From assembly GCA_041652555.1 (NCBI GenBank), contig JBAZHE010000001.1:66847-130846 (forward strand): DNA of 64,000 nt, written 5' to 3'. Shown piece after piece: positions 16,709 through 26,325 of this stretch; position 1 is the first letter of the stretch; every line of letters begins with the position of its first letter. The notes under the pieces are model-generated. The model worked only from the letters and a program-made list of their open reading frames with translations. It was not told the origin of the DNA and made no database searches. This stretch comes from Patescibacteria group bacterium (GTDB taxonomy: Bacteria; Patescibacteriota; Patescibacteriia; Patescibacteriales; WJLG01). Made by a program: the position numbers and the translations under genes.

Positions 16709-17671
16709 ATGACTTACTTATCATTAATTGTAAAAAATCGTTTGGAAGAAAAATTGTCTAAACTTAACAAACTTCGTCCATTACCGAAATCAGCAGTGCA
16801 AAAACTTCGGGAAAAATTTCAAATTGAGATGACCTACAATTCAAACGCCATTGAAGGAAACTCTTTAACCTTAAAAGAGACCTTTTTGGTTATAAATGAG
16901 GGTATAACAGTGAAAGGAAAACCTTTAAAAGACCACTTGGAAGCAAAAGATCACCATGCCGCACTAGAATATTTATATGATTTGATAGATAACGACAAGA
17001 AGCACACCGTTTCCGAAATGCTTATTAAAAACTTACACCAAATTATTTTGCAGGAAACAGACAAGGAGTGGGCCGGCCGATATAGAAACGCCAATGTAAT
17101 TATTGGCGGCGCCGATCATACTCCACCGGATGCGTTACAGGTACCGAATAAAATGAGGGACTTAGTTGCTTGGCTAAATTCACAAAAAAGCAAGCTGAAT
17201 ATTGTTGAGCTTTCCGCCTTGTTGCATCATAAATTAGTTCACATTCATCCTTTTTTTGACGGCAATGGCAGAACAGCACGTTTGACAATGAATTTGTTTC
17301 TAATGCAAGCCGGATACCCGCTGGTGGTAATTATGAAAACCGATCGAAAAAAATATTATGATGTGCTGGATAAAGCAGATAAGGGCAAATATGAACCGCT
17401 GATAAAATTCATTGCTCAATCTGTTGAGCGTTCCTTGGACATTTATCTAAAAACATTAACGCCGGTAACACAAAAACAGGAGAAATTTTTGACGCTTGCG
17501 GAAATAGCTAAAACCACCCCTTTTTCCGCGAAATATTTAAACTTACTATCTAGACAAGGTAAATTAGAAGCATACAAAGAGGGCAGAGATTGGTTAACCT
17601 CAAAAGAGGCTATTGAAAGGTATTTGAAGAACAGAATACGGCAAAGAAAAAATAAAATCGCCAAAAAATAA
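16709..17671 (+). CDS. Fic family protein (AMPylase-type motif) with C-terminal HTH
   Basis: Fic motif HPFFDGNGRTAR. The C-terminal LTLAEIAK...YLNLLSRQGKLEAYKEGRDWLT looks like an excisionase/MerR-type HTH. Confidence 0.9.
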   Translation: MTYLSLIVKNRLEEKLSKLNKLRPLPKSAVQKLREKFQIEMTYNSNAIEGNSLTLKETFLVINEGITVKGKPLKDHLEAKDHHAALEYLYDLIDNDKKHTVSEMLIKNLHQIILQETDKEWAGRYRNANVIIGGADHTPPDALQVPNKMRDLVAWLNSQKSKLNIVELSALLHHKLVHIHPFFDGNGRTARLTMNLFLMQAGYPLVVIMKTDRKKYYDVLDKADKGKYEPLIKFIAQSVERSLDIYLKTLTPVTQKQEKFLTLAEIAKTTPFSAKYLNLLSRQGKLEAYKEGRDWLTSKEAIERYLKNRIRQRKNKIAKK

Positions 17672-17706
17672 AAAACACTAGCTCATTGGGTTGGCCGGTG
17701 TTTTTT
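17670..17706. terminator. Bidirectional terminator between fic and trxB
   Basis: aaaaaacac...ggccggtgtttttt hairpin flanked by A and T runs. Confidence 0.6.
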
Positions 17707-17715
17707 ATTAAATTT

Positions 17716-18651
17716 TTATTTTATCAGTTTTGCCAGATTGCCTTCTTTGGTTTGGATATAGCGATAAGCGCCCAGAGCGGCGACCGTGCCGGCTCCGGCC
17801 GCGACCGTGATTTGTTTGTATGGATTAGTTGTCGCGTCGCCGGCGGCGAAAAGTCCAGACATGGAAGTTTCGCCATGTTCATCTATGATTATTTCTTTGC
17901 GACCGTTTAATTTTATTAAGCCTGCAACTAAATCAGTTTTTACTTCAAAGCCGATTTCAACAAATATTCCGTTAAGATTAATTTCGGAAGATTCACTTGT
18001 CTTCTGATTTTTTATTTTTATTTTTTCTACTTTATTACTTCCTAAAATTTCTTCCACCTTGTTTTCCAAAATTATTTCAATATTTGGCGTGGCGCGAACT
18101 TTTTTTTCTAAAGCCTCAAAAGCTTGAAAGACTTCAAATTGATGAATAAGATAAACTTTGCTGGCGATTTTAGAAAGCATTTCTGCGGAATCTAGCGCGC
18201 TATTCCCGCCACCGACAACCGCGACAATTTTGTTGCGGAAAAGCGGGCCGTCGCAATTGGCGCAGTAAGCCACGCCTAAGCCGGCAAAATCATTTTCACC
18301 CGGCACGCCAAGCTTGCGTCGATCACAACCTAGGGCGGCGATGACAGTTTTAGCTTGGAAAGTTTCTTCGCCCAAGGTGATGGAAAAATTTTTATCAGCA
18401 TTTTTTTCTAATTTTTCCACTAAGCCTAGTTTTATTTCCACGCCCAAAGATTTCACCTGCTCTTCCATTTTGGCGATTAATTCTAAAGCAGTTATTTCTT
18501 TGAAGGCCGGATAATTTTCAATTGTGGAAGCCCAGATCATTTGTCCGCCAACATGACGGGTGATGAGTAAAGTTTTCATTTCGCGTCGTGCGGCATAAAT
18601 GGCTGCTGTGAGACCAGCTGGTCCGCCACCGATTATGATAGTATCGTACAT
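17716..18651 (-). CDS. trxB: Thioredoxin-disulfide reductase
   Basis: IIGGGPAGLTAA FAD motif, redox CANCDG, GGGNSA NADPH motif. Confidence 0.93.
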   Translation of the reverse strand: MYDTIIIGGGPAGLTAAIYAARREMKTLLITRHVGGQMIWASTIENYPAFKEITALELIAKMEEQVKSLGVEIKLGLVEKLEKNADKNFSITLGEETFQAKTVIAALGCDRRKLGVPGENDFAGLGVAYCANCDGPLFRNKIVAVVGGGNSALDSAEMLSKIASKVYLIHQFEVFQAFEALEKKVRATPNIEIILENKVEEILGSNKVEKIKIKNQKTSESSEINLNGIFVEIGFEVKTDLVAGLIKLNGRKEIIIDEHGETSMSGLFAAGDATTNPYKQITVAAGAGTVAALGAYRYIQTKEGNLAKLIK

Positions 18652-18656
18652 AAAAC

Positions 18657-18684
18657 AATTATAAATTATAAATTATAAGTTATA
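18657..18684. repeat. Tandem heptamer (AATTATA)x3-4, which reads (TATAATT)n in the trxB sense direction
   Basis: aattataaattataaattataagttata lies immediately upstream of the trxB start. Confidence 0.8.
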
Positions 18685-18837
18685 GATTACTCTTTTATAT
18701 TATTATACTTTATATAGGATAATCAGCAACTTGACAGTAATAGTAAAAAAAGTTTTTTTAAAAAAAGGCTTTGACTGCCTAATTATTTTTTGCTAAGATT
18801 GTATTACTTAATTATTAAAATTTAAATTTAAAAAATT

Positions 18838-19803
18838 ATGAAAAAAATGATTGTTTTGGCGCTGGCTTTGGCCTTAATCACGACCGGCTGTGCCCTAAAG
18901 ACTGACCAAGCCGGGAAAGTTAAGAATTTAACCTCAGAAGAAGTGAAAACAAAAACTTTAGAGTATATTAATACTCAACTTTTAGCCGGTTCGGAAAATA
19001 AAGCGACGATTGAAGGGGTGATTGAAGATAATGGACTTTATAAATTATCTTTAACTGTTGCCGGCAAGCAATATGATTCTTATGCTAGCAAGGATGGTAG
19101 CAAATTTTTTGTAGAAGCTATGGATATGGATGCTAAACCGGCAGTAGAAGCTGATGCGACCGCGGCAACCGTGCAGACAGTTAGCACTAAACAAGCGAAA
19201 CCAACTGTAGAAGTTTTTGTTATGAGTCATTGTCCTTATGGCACTCAAATTGAAAAGGGGATTATTCCTGTCATTAAAACTTTGGGCGATAAGGCTGATA
19301 TTAAAATTAAATTTTGCGATTACGCCATGCATGACGAGAAGGAACTAGACGAACAAATGAATCAGTACTGCATTCAGCAAGAAGATTCCGGTAAATACAT
19401 TGCTTATCTGGAATGTTTTTTAGGTGATGGTGATACGGCCACTTGTCTGAAAGAGTCTGGCGTTAATCAATCTAAGGTTAAGTCTTGCGTTACGGCTACA
19501 GAGAAAAAGTATAATATAAAGAAAGATTATGCTGATAAAACTACTTGGGTTAATGGTACCTATCCAAAATTTGTTATTTATCAGGCAGAAGTTGACAAAT
19601 ATAATGTTGGTGGCTCCCCAACATTAGTGATTAATGGTGAAACAATTAGTTCAGCACGCGACTCTGCCAGTTTATTAGCAACTATTTGCTCCGGTTTTGA
19701 AAATCAGCCGAGCGAATGTCAAAAGCAGTTATCTTCAGAATCTCCTTCTGCTGGTTTTGGTTATAATGCTAGCGGTGCAACTACTGACGCAACTTGTAAC
19801 TAG
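18838..19803 (+). CDS. Lipoprotein with thioredoxin-fold domain (DsbA-like, CPYG motif)
   Basis: Lipobox LITTGC. VFVMSHCPYGTQ has a single Cys in the place of CxxC. Several other Cys residues are present. Confidence 0.65.
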   Translation: MKKMIVLALALALITTGCALKTDQAGKVKNLTSEEVKTKTLEYINTQLLAGSENKATIEGVIEDNGLYKLSLTVAGKQYDSYASKDGSKFFVEAMDMDAKPAVEADATAATVQTVSTKQAKPTVEVFVMSHCPYGTQIEKGIIPVIKTLGDKADIKIKFCDYAMHDEKELDEQMNQYCIQQEDSGKYIAYLECFLGDGDTATCLKESGVNQSKVKSCVTATEKKYNIKKDYADKTTWVNGTYPKFVIYQAEVDKYNVGGSPTLVINGETISSARDSASLLATICSGFENQPSECQKQLSSESPSAGFGYNASGATTDATCN

Positions 19804-20019
19804 GCTTTACAAACAGAGAAAATAATGTTAAGATAATTTCAGTTATTATTTAATTTTAAAGAAATATTTTGTTTTCAGGTGTTTTTTAGCTAATTTTGGA
19901 TTAAAATGAAACTTCATATAGGTCGTAAAAAAGAATTAACTTAAGAAAACGATAATCGTCGTTCAAGTTTTTATTTAAATTTCCATCTAAAAAGACCCTG
20001 AAAGCAGAAGCGTAAATTT

Positions 20020-21543
20020 ATGCAGATTTTGTTTTATGTTGTAACTGCGCTATTGCTTATAGGGTCTTTTTGTTTGGGTTATTTGACTCGCCGTTTTAAA
20101 GCACGTCGTCAGACGGAAAAGGCTGGTGATAAAGCCGAAAAAATTCTCAATGAGGCTAAAAGTAAGGAGAAAGATATTCTTCTTAAAGCGCAAGACAAGG
20201 CTTTCAAAATGATTGAAGAGTCAAAGGAGGATGAACGAAAAAGAAGGGCGGAGTTGGCTGGTTTGCAAGATCGTCTAGAACAAAGAGAGGGGACTTTTTC
20301 AAAAAAACTTCTAGAGCTACAAGACAAGCAACAAGAACTCTATGATCGTGTTAATAAAGTAGAGGAGGCGAAAGAAAAAATTCGCCAAATCAAAGAAGAG
20401 CAATTAGAAAAATTAAAAACAATTTCCGAAATGACTCGCGACGAAGCGCGTGAAGTTTTATTTAAGAATGTGGAAATTGAAGCCAAAGATGACTTGGTTG
20501 CTAGGATGAGAAAAGCGGAATATGAAAATGATGATATCATAGAAAATAAAGCTAAAGAATTGATAGCTTCTTCTATGCAAAGAGTTGTTTCTACTTATAC
20601 GCCGGAAATTTCTACAACCAATGTTGATTTGCCGAGCGATGAAATGAAGGGTCGTGTTATTGGTCGCGAAGGACGCAATATTAAAGTTATAGAACAATTA
20701 ACCGGTGTAGAAATTATTGTTGATGATACTCCAAACACTATCACTATTTCCGCTTTTTCTCCAATTAGACGTCATATTGCTAAACGCGCCTTAGACTCTT
20801 TGATTAAAGATGGTCGTATTCATCCAACCAAGATTGAAGAGGCAATTGAAAAAGCTAAAAAAGAATTAGCTTTAGATATCAAGAAAGCTGGTGAGGAAGC
20901 GATTTATGAAGTTGGTGTAGCTGGTTTTGATCCTAAATTAGTTTCTATTTTGGGTCGTTTAAAGTACCGCACTAGTTATGGACAAAACGCTTTGCGTCAT
21001 TCTGTTGAAGTGGCAGTTTTATCTGGATTATTGGCTGAAGAACTTGGTGTTGATGCCCCATTAGCAAAGAAAGCAGGTCTTTTGCATGATATTGGTAAGG
21101 CCGTTGATCACGAAGTTCAAGGAACACATCCAGAAATAGGTCGTGACATTGCTAAGAAATTTAATATTCCTCAAGAAGTAATTGACCCGATTGAAACTCA
21201 TCATGATGATCACCCACGTGGAATTATCGCCGTGGTTGTGAAGGTGGCAGATGCTATTTCCGCTTCTCGCCCTGGTGTTCGTAGTGATACTTTTGAACGC
21301 TATATTCAGCGCTTGGAAGAATTAGAAGGTTTGGCTACTTCATTTGAAGGTGTTGAAAAAGTTTACGCTTTGCAAGCCGGTCGTGAGGTGCGCGTATTTG
21401 TAACCGCGGAAAAACTTGATGATCTGGCCAGTGCTAAATTGGCGCGCGACATCGCGAAAAAGATTGAAGAAGAATTAAAATATCCAGGAGAAATTAAAGT
21501 TAATGTGATTCGCGAAACCAGAATTATTGAATACGCTAGATAA
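20020..21543 (+). CDS. rny: Ribonuclease Y
   Basis: N-terminal TM, coiled coil, KH domain (GRVIGREGRNIK), HD domain (HSVEVA...LHDIGK). Confidence 0.95.
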   Translation: MQILFYVVTALLLIGSFCLGYLTRRFKARRQTEKAGDKAEKILNEAKSKEKDILLKAQDKAFKMIEESKEDERKRRAELAGLQDRLEQREGTFSKKLLELQDKQQELYDRVNKVEEAKEKIRQIKEEQLEKLKTISEMTRDEAREVLFKNVEIEAKDDLVARMRKAEYENDDIIENKAKELIASSMQRVVSTYTPEISTTNVDLPSDEMKGRVIGREGRNIKVIEQLTGVEIIVDDTPNTITISAFSPIRRHIAKRALDSLIKDGRIHPTKIEEAIEKAKKELALDIKKAGEEAIYEVGVAGFDPKLVSILGRLKYRTSYGQNALRHSVEVAVLSGLLAEELGVDAPLAKKAGLLHDIGKAVDHEVQGTHPEIGRDIAKKFNIPQEVIDPIETHHDDHPRGIIAVVVKVADAISASRPGVRSDTFERYIQRLEELEGLATSFEGVEKVYALQAGREVRVFVTAEKLDDLASAKLARDIAKKIEEELKYPGEIKVNVIRETRIIEYAR

Positions 21544-21558
21544 AATTTTATTATAAAC

Positions 21559-21587
21559 AAAAGACCGCTATTAAAGCGGTTTTTTTG
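21559..21587 (+). terminator. Rho-independent terminator
   Basis: accgc tattaaa gcggt followed by ttttttt. Confidence 0.75.
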
Positions 21588-21670
21588 TTTTATTTTTTAG
21601 AACTTGCCAAATTTTTTAAGTTTGTTATAATATTAGCAAATATAACTTTTAAATTTTAAAAACTAACGCT

Positions 21671-21976
21671 ATGAACAAGGCAACTTTAATAGAGCGGATC
21701 GCCGAGAAGACCGGCGCCGGCAAAAAACTAGCTGAAGCCATGTTAAATTCTTTTGTGGATGTCACTATTGAAGAATTAAAAAAAGGTGGCGATGTGAGTA
21801 TTACTGGTTTCGGAACTTTTGAAACCATGACTCGTTATTCGCGCGGTGGTGTTAATCCGCAGAAGCCTACCGAGCGTATCCAAATTCCGGCCGTGACCGT
21901 GGCGAAATTTCGCACCGGTAAGCGCCTGAAAGATTCTTTGAAAGACATTAAGAAAGAAGCCCCGCCTAAAGTTTAG
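21671..21976 (+). CDS. hup: DNA-binding protein HU
   Basis: MNKATLIERIA...GFGTFE...R.GVNPQKP, the HU/IHF signature. Confidence 0.92.
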   Translation: MNKATLIERIAEKTGAGKKLAEAMLNSFVDVTIEELKKGGDVSITGFGTFETMTRYSRGGVNPQKPTERIQIPAVTVAKFRTGKRLKDSLKDIKKEAPPKV

Positions 21977-22095
21977 ATTCATTTTTTGATTAATTGGATA
22001 GAGGGGTGGTTTTTCCGCCTCTCTTGTGTTTTTTGGTGGAGTTGATAAAAATAAGGTTTTGTGTTAAGTTTATTTTAGCTTATTTAACGTAGATT

Positions 22096-22169
22096 GCGCC
22101 CGTAGCTCAACTGGATAGAGCGTCTGGCTTCGGACCAGAAGGTTGCGGGTTCAAGTCCTGCCGAGCGCA
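22096..22169 (+). tRNA. tRNA-Arg (anticodon TCG)
   Basis: Manual cloverleaf: acceptor gcgcccg/cgagcgc, anticodon loop cttcgga, T-loop ttcaagt. Confidence 0.85.
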
Positions 22170-22179
22170 CAGTTCAGAG

Positions 22180-22255
22180 TTCGAATTTCGAAGTGCGAGT
22201 TTCGAATTAAATTTATAAATTAGATAATTCGCACTTCGCACTTCGAAATTCGAAA
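22180..22255. repeat. Long hairpin in tRNA spacer 1 (TTCGAA-rich)
   Basis: ttcgaatttcgaagtgcga...tcgcacttcgaaattcgaa, with at least 19 contiguous complementary nt. Confidence 0.75.
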
Positions 22256-22264
22256 GTTGAAAGG

Positions 22265-22338
22265 GGCTGGGTAGCTCAGCTGGTTAGAGCACGGCACTCA
22301 TAACGCCGAGGTCGAGGGTTCAAGTCCCTCCCCCGCCA
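22265..22338 (+). tRNA. tRNA-Met (anticodon CAT; elongator-like, but Ile2 cannot be excluded)
   Basis: Manual cloverleaf: anticodon loop ctcataa, T-arm gaggg ttcaagt ccctc. One acceptor-stem mismatch. Confidence 0.8.
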
Positions 22339-22347
22339 CAATGAAAA

Positions 22348-22439
22348 GTTCGAATTACGAAATGCGAAGTTCGAATTGATTTTTTAAGAAATATTTAGTA
22401 GTATTATAATTCGCACTTCGAACTTTGTAATTCGAAATT
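22348..22439. repeat. Long hairpin in tRNA spacer 2, related to spacer 1
   Basis: agttcgaattacgaaatgcgaagttcgaatt ... aattcgcacttcgaactttgtaattcgaaatt. Confidence 0.7.
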
Positions 22440-22446
22440 TTAAATG

Positions 22447-22519
22447 GCGCTCATAGCTCAGTTGGTAGAGCAACTCCCTCTTAAGGAGATGGTCGTGGGT
22501 TCAAATCCCTCTGAGCGCA
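22447..22519 (+). tRNA. tRNA-Lys (anticodon CTT)
   Basis: Manual cloverleaf: acceptor gcgctca/tgagcgc, anticodon loop ctcttaa, T-loop ttcaaat. Confidence 0.8.
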
Positions 22520-22681
22520 CACTTCGACAAATTCAGTGCAGGCAAAGATAAAAATCGTCCAGTCGGGTGATTTTTTGATTTATTATTAAGTAGAGGATAT
22601 AATAAAATAAAATTTTGGTGTTTTCATGAGCTTTAAGGGATTTCTCTCTGCGTTTCGCTTCGTTCTAAATGACGATTTTTT

Positions 22682-25147
22682 ATGGTATTTAACGAGGAAC
22701 AGCAAGAAATAATTAATAATATTTTTGGCGCTTGCCTTATTTCCGCGCCGGTCGGTACTGGCAAGACGACAATTTTGACCGAGCGGGTGGCCAAAGCAAT
22801 TGAAGTGGGTGTTAAACCGGTGGAAATTTTGTGTTTGACTTTCACCAATCGCGCCGCCGAGGAAATGTCTGCGCGCATCAAAGAGCGGATTAATAAGAAG
22901 GAAATTTATGACGAGATAACCATAAAAACTTTCCACGGCTGGTGCGCTTATTTTATTAAGAGTGAGGCCAAGCAGATTGGCTTGCCACGCGATTTTGCGA
23001 TTTTTGAAGAAGAGGAACAGCGCGAAGTGATGGAAAAAATTTTAGAAAAACATCCAGAGATAAGAATTAATCAAGAATATGCTAAGCGTGAAATTGCCGG
23101 CTTAATAGAGCGCGCTTATGACGCTCGTTTGAATAAGCTTTTACGTGAGATTGGCTGTAAGCTGGAGGAATTAAAAGACGACCCGGCGATGGAAAAAGTC
23201 GCCGAGGAATATCGCCAAGCTATGATTGACCAGAATGCTCTGGATTTTAATGAGTTGGTTCTTTTGACTTTGCGCACTCTTTTCTTGGACGAAAAAATCC
23301 GCGTTAAATGGTCAAATCAATATCACTTTATTCAACTAGACGAATTTCAAGATACGCATTTGTCGGAATATTTAGTAGTGAAAGAATTAGCCAGAGTGCA
23401 TAAAAATGTTTCTTTTATCGGTGATCTTGATCAAACAATTTATTCTTGGCGTGGCTCGCGACCTTTCTTTTTGAGAAAATTAATCAAGAATCATTTCCCG
23501 AAGGTGAAAGAATTAAGCCTCTCCACGAATTATCGTTTTAACCCAAACGTACTCGTGGCTGTGAAATCTTTTTTAAGCAGTTTTGTAAATCCGGAAACTA
23601 AGACTTTAAATACTTTAAAAATTAACAATAGTGAAGAAAAGGCGGTTAATGTTTTTGCCGGCCATAATTTTAATGAAGAGATTTCTTGGGTGATTGAAAA
23701 AATAAAAACCTTACACGATATTTCGCCTGACGATAGAATCGCCGTTATTGCTCGGACTAATAATCTAATCAGCAAGACCGCGGAGATTTTTGCCGAAAAA
23801 GGTGTAGCGCATATTACGGTTGATAAATATGAATTTTTCCGTCGCCAGGAAGTTAAGGATGTTTACGCTTATTTAAAAATAATTTTTAACCGTTTTGACC
23901 TGGAGGCCGCTTATCGCCTCGTAAAGCGTCCGCCGCGCAATATCGGACCGGCAACGATTAAAGCGATTTTGGAAGCAGGGGAAAGCGCGGGAATTAAGGT
24001 TTCCGATTTTCTTAATTTTAAAAACTATAATTACCCTGAGCCGTTTTTTGATTTATTAAAACGCCACGAGCGCGGACGTTTGGTAGTTTTAGATACGGAA
24101 ACTACCGGCACGGATGTTTTGGCTGATGATATTATTCAGATTTTTGCCATTGAAGTTGTTAATGGCCGGGTTGGGAAAGAATTCCATTGTTATGTAAAAA
24201 ATAATATTCCGGTTGGTTTTTCTGAAACAGTTCACGGCTTGTCGGACAAATTTTTAGAAGAGAATGGTGAAGATCCGAAAAAGGCGCTACAAAATTTAAA
24301 AGATTTTATCGGTTCAGATGTGTCGGTTGGGCATAATGTTAATTTTGATTTAACTATGCTTTTGGAAAATGGCAAACGTCGCGGTGTAGCCTTTGAATTT
24401 AAAGAATATTATGACACTTTGGATTTGGCTAAAAGAATGGTGGATGCGCCGAATTATCGTCTAACAACCTTGGCAGAGCTGCTCGGCTTGGCAACGGCTA
24501 CACATGATGCTCGCGATGATGTTATGGCCACGGTTGGTTTATTAGCCGTTTTAGTGGAGAAATTAAAAAAAGGCGCCGGCAAGAGAGTGGAATTGTGGCA
24601 GGAATATTCGGCTAAGTTTTTGAAAATTGCCAGTTTGATTGATTCTTGGCAAAGAATGGTTTTGGAAAATCGTCCGGCGGAAATTCTAGAAAAAGTTTGG
24701 CAAGAATCCGGTCTGGCTGAATATTATGAGAAAGATGATAATGATCAAGAACGACTAAAATCGATTCAAGAATTAAAAAATATTTTTCAAGAAAAAGATA
24801 ATCCGGACAAACGGCCGGAAGTGTCTTTGCGCGAACTGATTCATTACGCCGCGCTAGTGAAAGACATAAATTTTCTCGGCTTGGAAAAAGGCAAAGTGCC
24901 AATTGTTACCGCTCATCAAGTTAAAGGCCTGGAGTTTGATTACGTTTTTATTATTGGTCTAAATGAATATATTTTTCCTATTGCCAAATCAGATTTAGAA
25001 GAGGAAAAGCGCCTTTTTTATGTGGCGATGACACGAGCAAAAAAGAAAATCTTCCTATCGTATAGCCGTTTTCGCGATAATAATTTTCCAGCCACCAAGA
25101 GCCGCTTTGTGGACTTTATTGATGAAAAACTGGTTGATTTTGAATGA
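22682..25147 (+). CDS. UvrD/PcrA-family helicase with an embedded DnaQ-like DEDDh 3'-5' exonuclease domain
   Basis: Helicase motifs APVGTGKT, DEFQDT, GDLDQTIYSWRG, KGLEFD, YVAMTRAK. Between them lie VVLDTETTG ... GHNVNFDL ... HDARDD. Confidence 0.88.
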   Translation: MVFNEEQQEIINNIFGACLISAPVGTGKTTILTERVAKAIEVGVKPVEILCLTFTNRAAEEMSARIKERINKKEIYDEITIKTFHGWCAYFIKSEAKQIGLPRDFAIFEEEEQREVMEKILEKHPEIRINQEYAKREIAGLIERAYDARLNKLLREIGCKLEELKDDPAMEKVAEEYRQAMIDQNALDFNELVLLTLRTLFLDEKIRVKWSNQYHFIQLDEFQDTHLSEYLVVKELARVHKNVSFIGDLDQTIYSWRGSRPFFLRKLIKNHFPKVKELSLSTNYRFNPNVLVAVKSFLSSFVNPETKTLNTLKINNSEEKAVNVFAGHNFNEEISWVIEKIKTLHDISPDDRIAVIARTNNLISKTAEIFAEKGVAHITVDKYEFFRRQEVKDVYAYLKIIFNRFDLEAAYRLVKRPPRNIGPATIKAILEAGESAGIKVSDFLNFKNYNYPEPFFDLLKRHERGRLVVLDTETTGTDVLADDIIQIFAIEVVNGRVGKEFHCYVKNNIPVGFSETVHGLSDKFLEENGEDPKKALQNLKDFIGSDVSVGHNVNFDLTMLLENGKRRGVAFEFKEYYDTLDLAKRMVDAPNYRLTTLAELLGLATATHDARDDVMATVGLLAVLVEKLKKGAGKRVELWQEYSAKFLKIASLIDSWQRMVLENRPAEILEKVWQESGLAEYYEKDDNDQERLKSIQELKNIFQEKDNPDKRPEVSLRELIHYAALVKDINFLGLEKGKVPIVTAHQVKGLEFDYVFIIGLNEYIFPIAKSDLEEEKRLFYVAMTRAKKKIFLSYSRFRDNNFPATKSRFVDFIDEKLVDFE

Positions 25148-25160
25148 ATTCACCCTTCTA

Positions 25161-25189
25161 TTGACTTTTTTATAAAAGTGTGATATGGT
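25161..25189 (+). promoter_or_regulatory. Promoter TTGACT-17-TATGGT with TG extension
   Basis: ctaTTGACTttttt...gtgTGaTATGGT. Near-duplicate of the promoter at 26229. Confidence 0.55.
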
Positions 25190-25250
25190 TTACTGTTTAG
25201 AGCAGTACCTTAAAATTAGAAAATCAACAATAACAATGAGGAGTTCTCTT

Positions 25251-26174
25251 ATGAAAAAGGCCTTTGAGTTTATCTGTTTAATGGGTATTTTTATCCCATT
25301 AATTTTTCTTCTTTCCGGCTCTGAAAAGGAGAAGGAAAAGAAGCCGATGTCATCGGCTGTTGTCTCTAGAAAAGAGAAAACAGAAAAAAAACCTTCCCAC
25401 CATTTCGGGGAGGCTTACGCAGATATTCCAAAAGCCTCCCCACCACTGTTTATATCACAGCCCCCAGTAAAAATTGAATCTTCTTTAGATTCAGTTGTTC
25501 GCCTCACCCTTACTGCAAAAGCGCGAAGAAAGCCACCTATAATACCAGGGAAAGCTAAAGCTAATAAGAAGACGGCTATAAAATATAGGCTATCTTTCGG
25601 ACAGAGAAAGTTTTTATTTAGGGACGTTTTTGGTACTACTTTAGCAGAACGTTGTTTGGAAGAAGGTTTGGATACCGCAAAATATTTTAATCTTTTAGTA
25701 TCCAAATCTGTGCAGGAGTCTGGCGCAAGGCCTTATTTAAAGAACGACAGTTCTTCTGCTAGGGGTCTTTTTCAAACAATTAATGCTACAGGGATTAGCT
25801 TGTGTCGTGAGCTTGGAATAGATCCAGCGCACTATGACCCATATAACCCTTATCAGAGCATTTTTCTGGGGGTGCGGTATTTTAAAAATAATCTAAAAAT
25901 CTTTAATGGAAATTTAGATTGGGCGATTTTAGCTCACTATACCGGACCGGGAGCGGCTAGGGATACAGTTGCTATTTATGGTGGAGTAGAAAAAACTCCT
26001 TTTGTAAGGGCTGTAAGGAATATAATGAGACAGCCTTATGAGGAACCTCCGTCAGGAGCAATTAATGAATGGCGCACATACCTTGCTTATAGATGCGAGG
26101 AATGTACCAAGAAATTAGAAGCTTATAAGGCTCCTAGTGCTGACGTACCGGTAGCTATTCGTGAAACATTTTGA
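25251..26174 (+). CDS. Membrane-anchored lytic transglycosylase (SLT domain) protein
   Basis: The start was chosen after a GAGGAG SD (MKKAFEF...). SLT-like QESG...ARGLFQ...Y motif. Confidence 0.7.
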   Translation: MKKAFEFICLMGIFIPLIFLLSGSEKEKEKKPMSSAVVSRKEKTEKKPSHHFGEAYADIPKASPPLFISQPPVKIESSLDSVVRLTLTAKARRKPPIIPGKAKANKKTAIKYRLSFGQRKFLFRDVFGTTLAERCLEEGLDTAKYFNLLVSKSVQESGARPYLKNDSSSARGLFQTINATGISLCRELGIDPAHYDPYNPYQSIFLGVRYFKNNLKIFNGNLDWAILAHYTGPGAARDTVAIYGGVEKTPFVRAVRNIMRQPYEEPPSGAINEWRTYLAYRCEECTKKLEAYKAPSADVPVAIRETF

Positions 26175-26182
26175 ACATTTTC

Positions 26183-26219
26183 AGCCCTGGACTACAACGT
26201 TCAGGGCTTTATTTTTTTA
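26183..26219 (+). terminator. Rho-independent terminator
   Basis: agccctg ... cagggct followed by ttattttttt. Confidence 0.75.
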
Positions 26220-26228
26220 TCAGTGCTA

Positions 26229-26257
26229 TTGACTTTTTTGTTGAAATGTGCTATGCT
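26229..26257 (+). promoter_or_regulatory. Promoter TTGACT-17-TATGCT with TG extension
   Basis: ctaTTGACTttttt...gTGcTATGCT. Confidence 0.55.
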
Positions 26258-26325
26258 TTTATGATAGTTAAAATTAGTACATTACAATAATTTTTGGCTG
26301 AAATCAGCCTAGAAAAGAGGATATC

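Noticed and set aside
25147-25160. gaattcaccc upstream of the first SLT promoter, resembling the conserved loop (ttcacccct) of the cassette hairpin
   Set aside because: Only about 9 nt are shared and there are no flanking stem sequences. This is treated as chance similarity.
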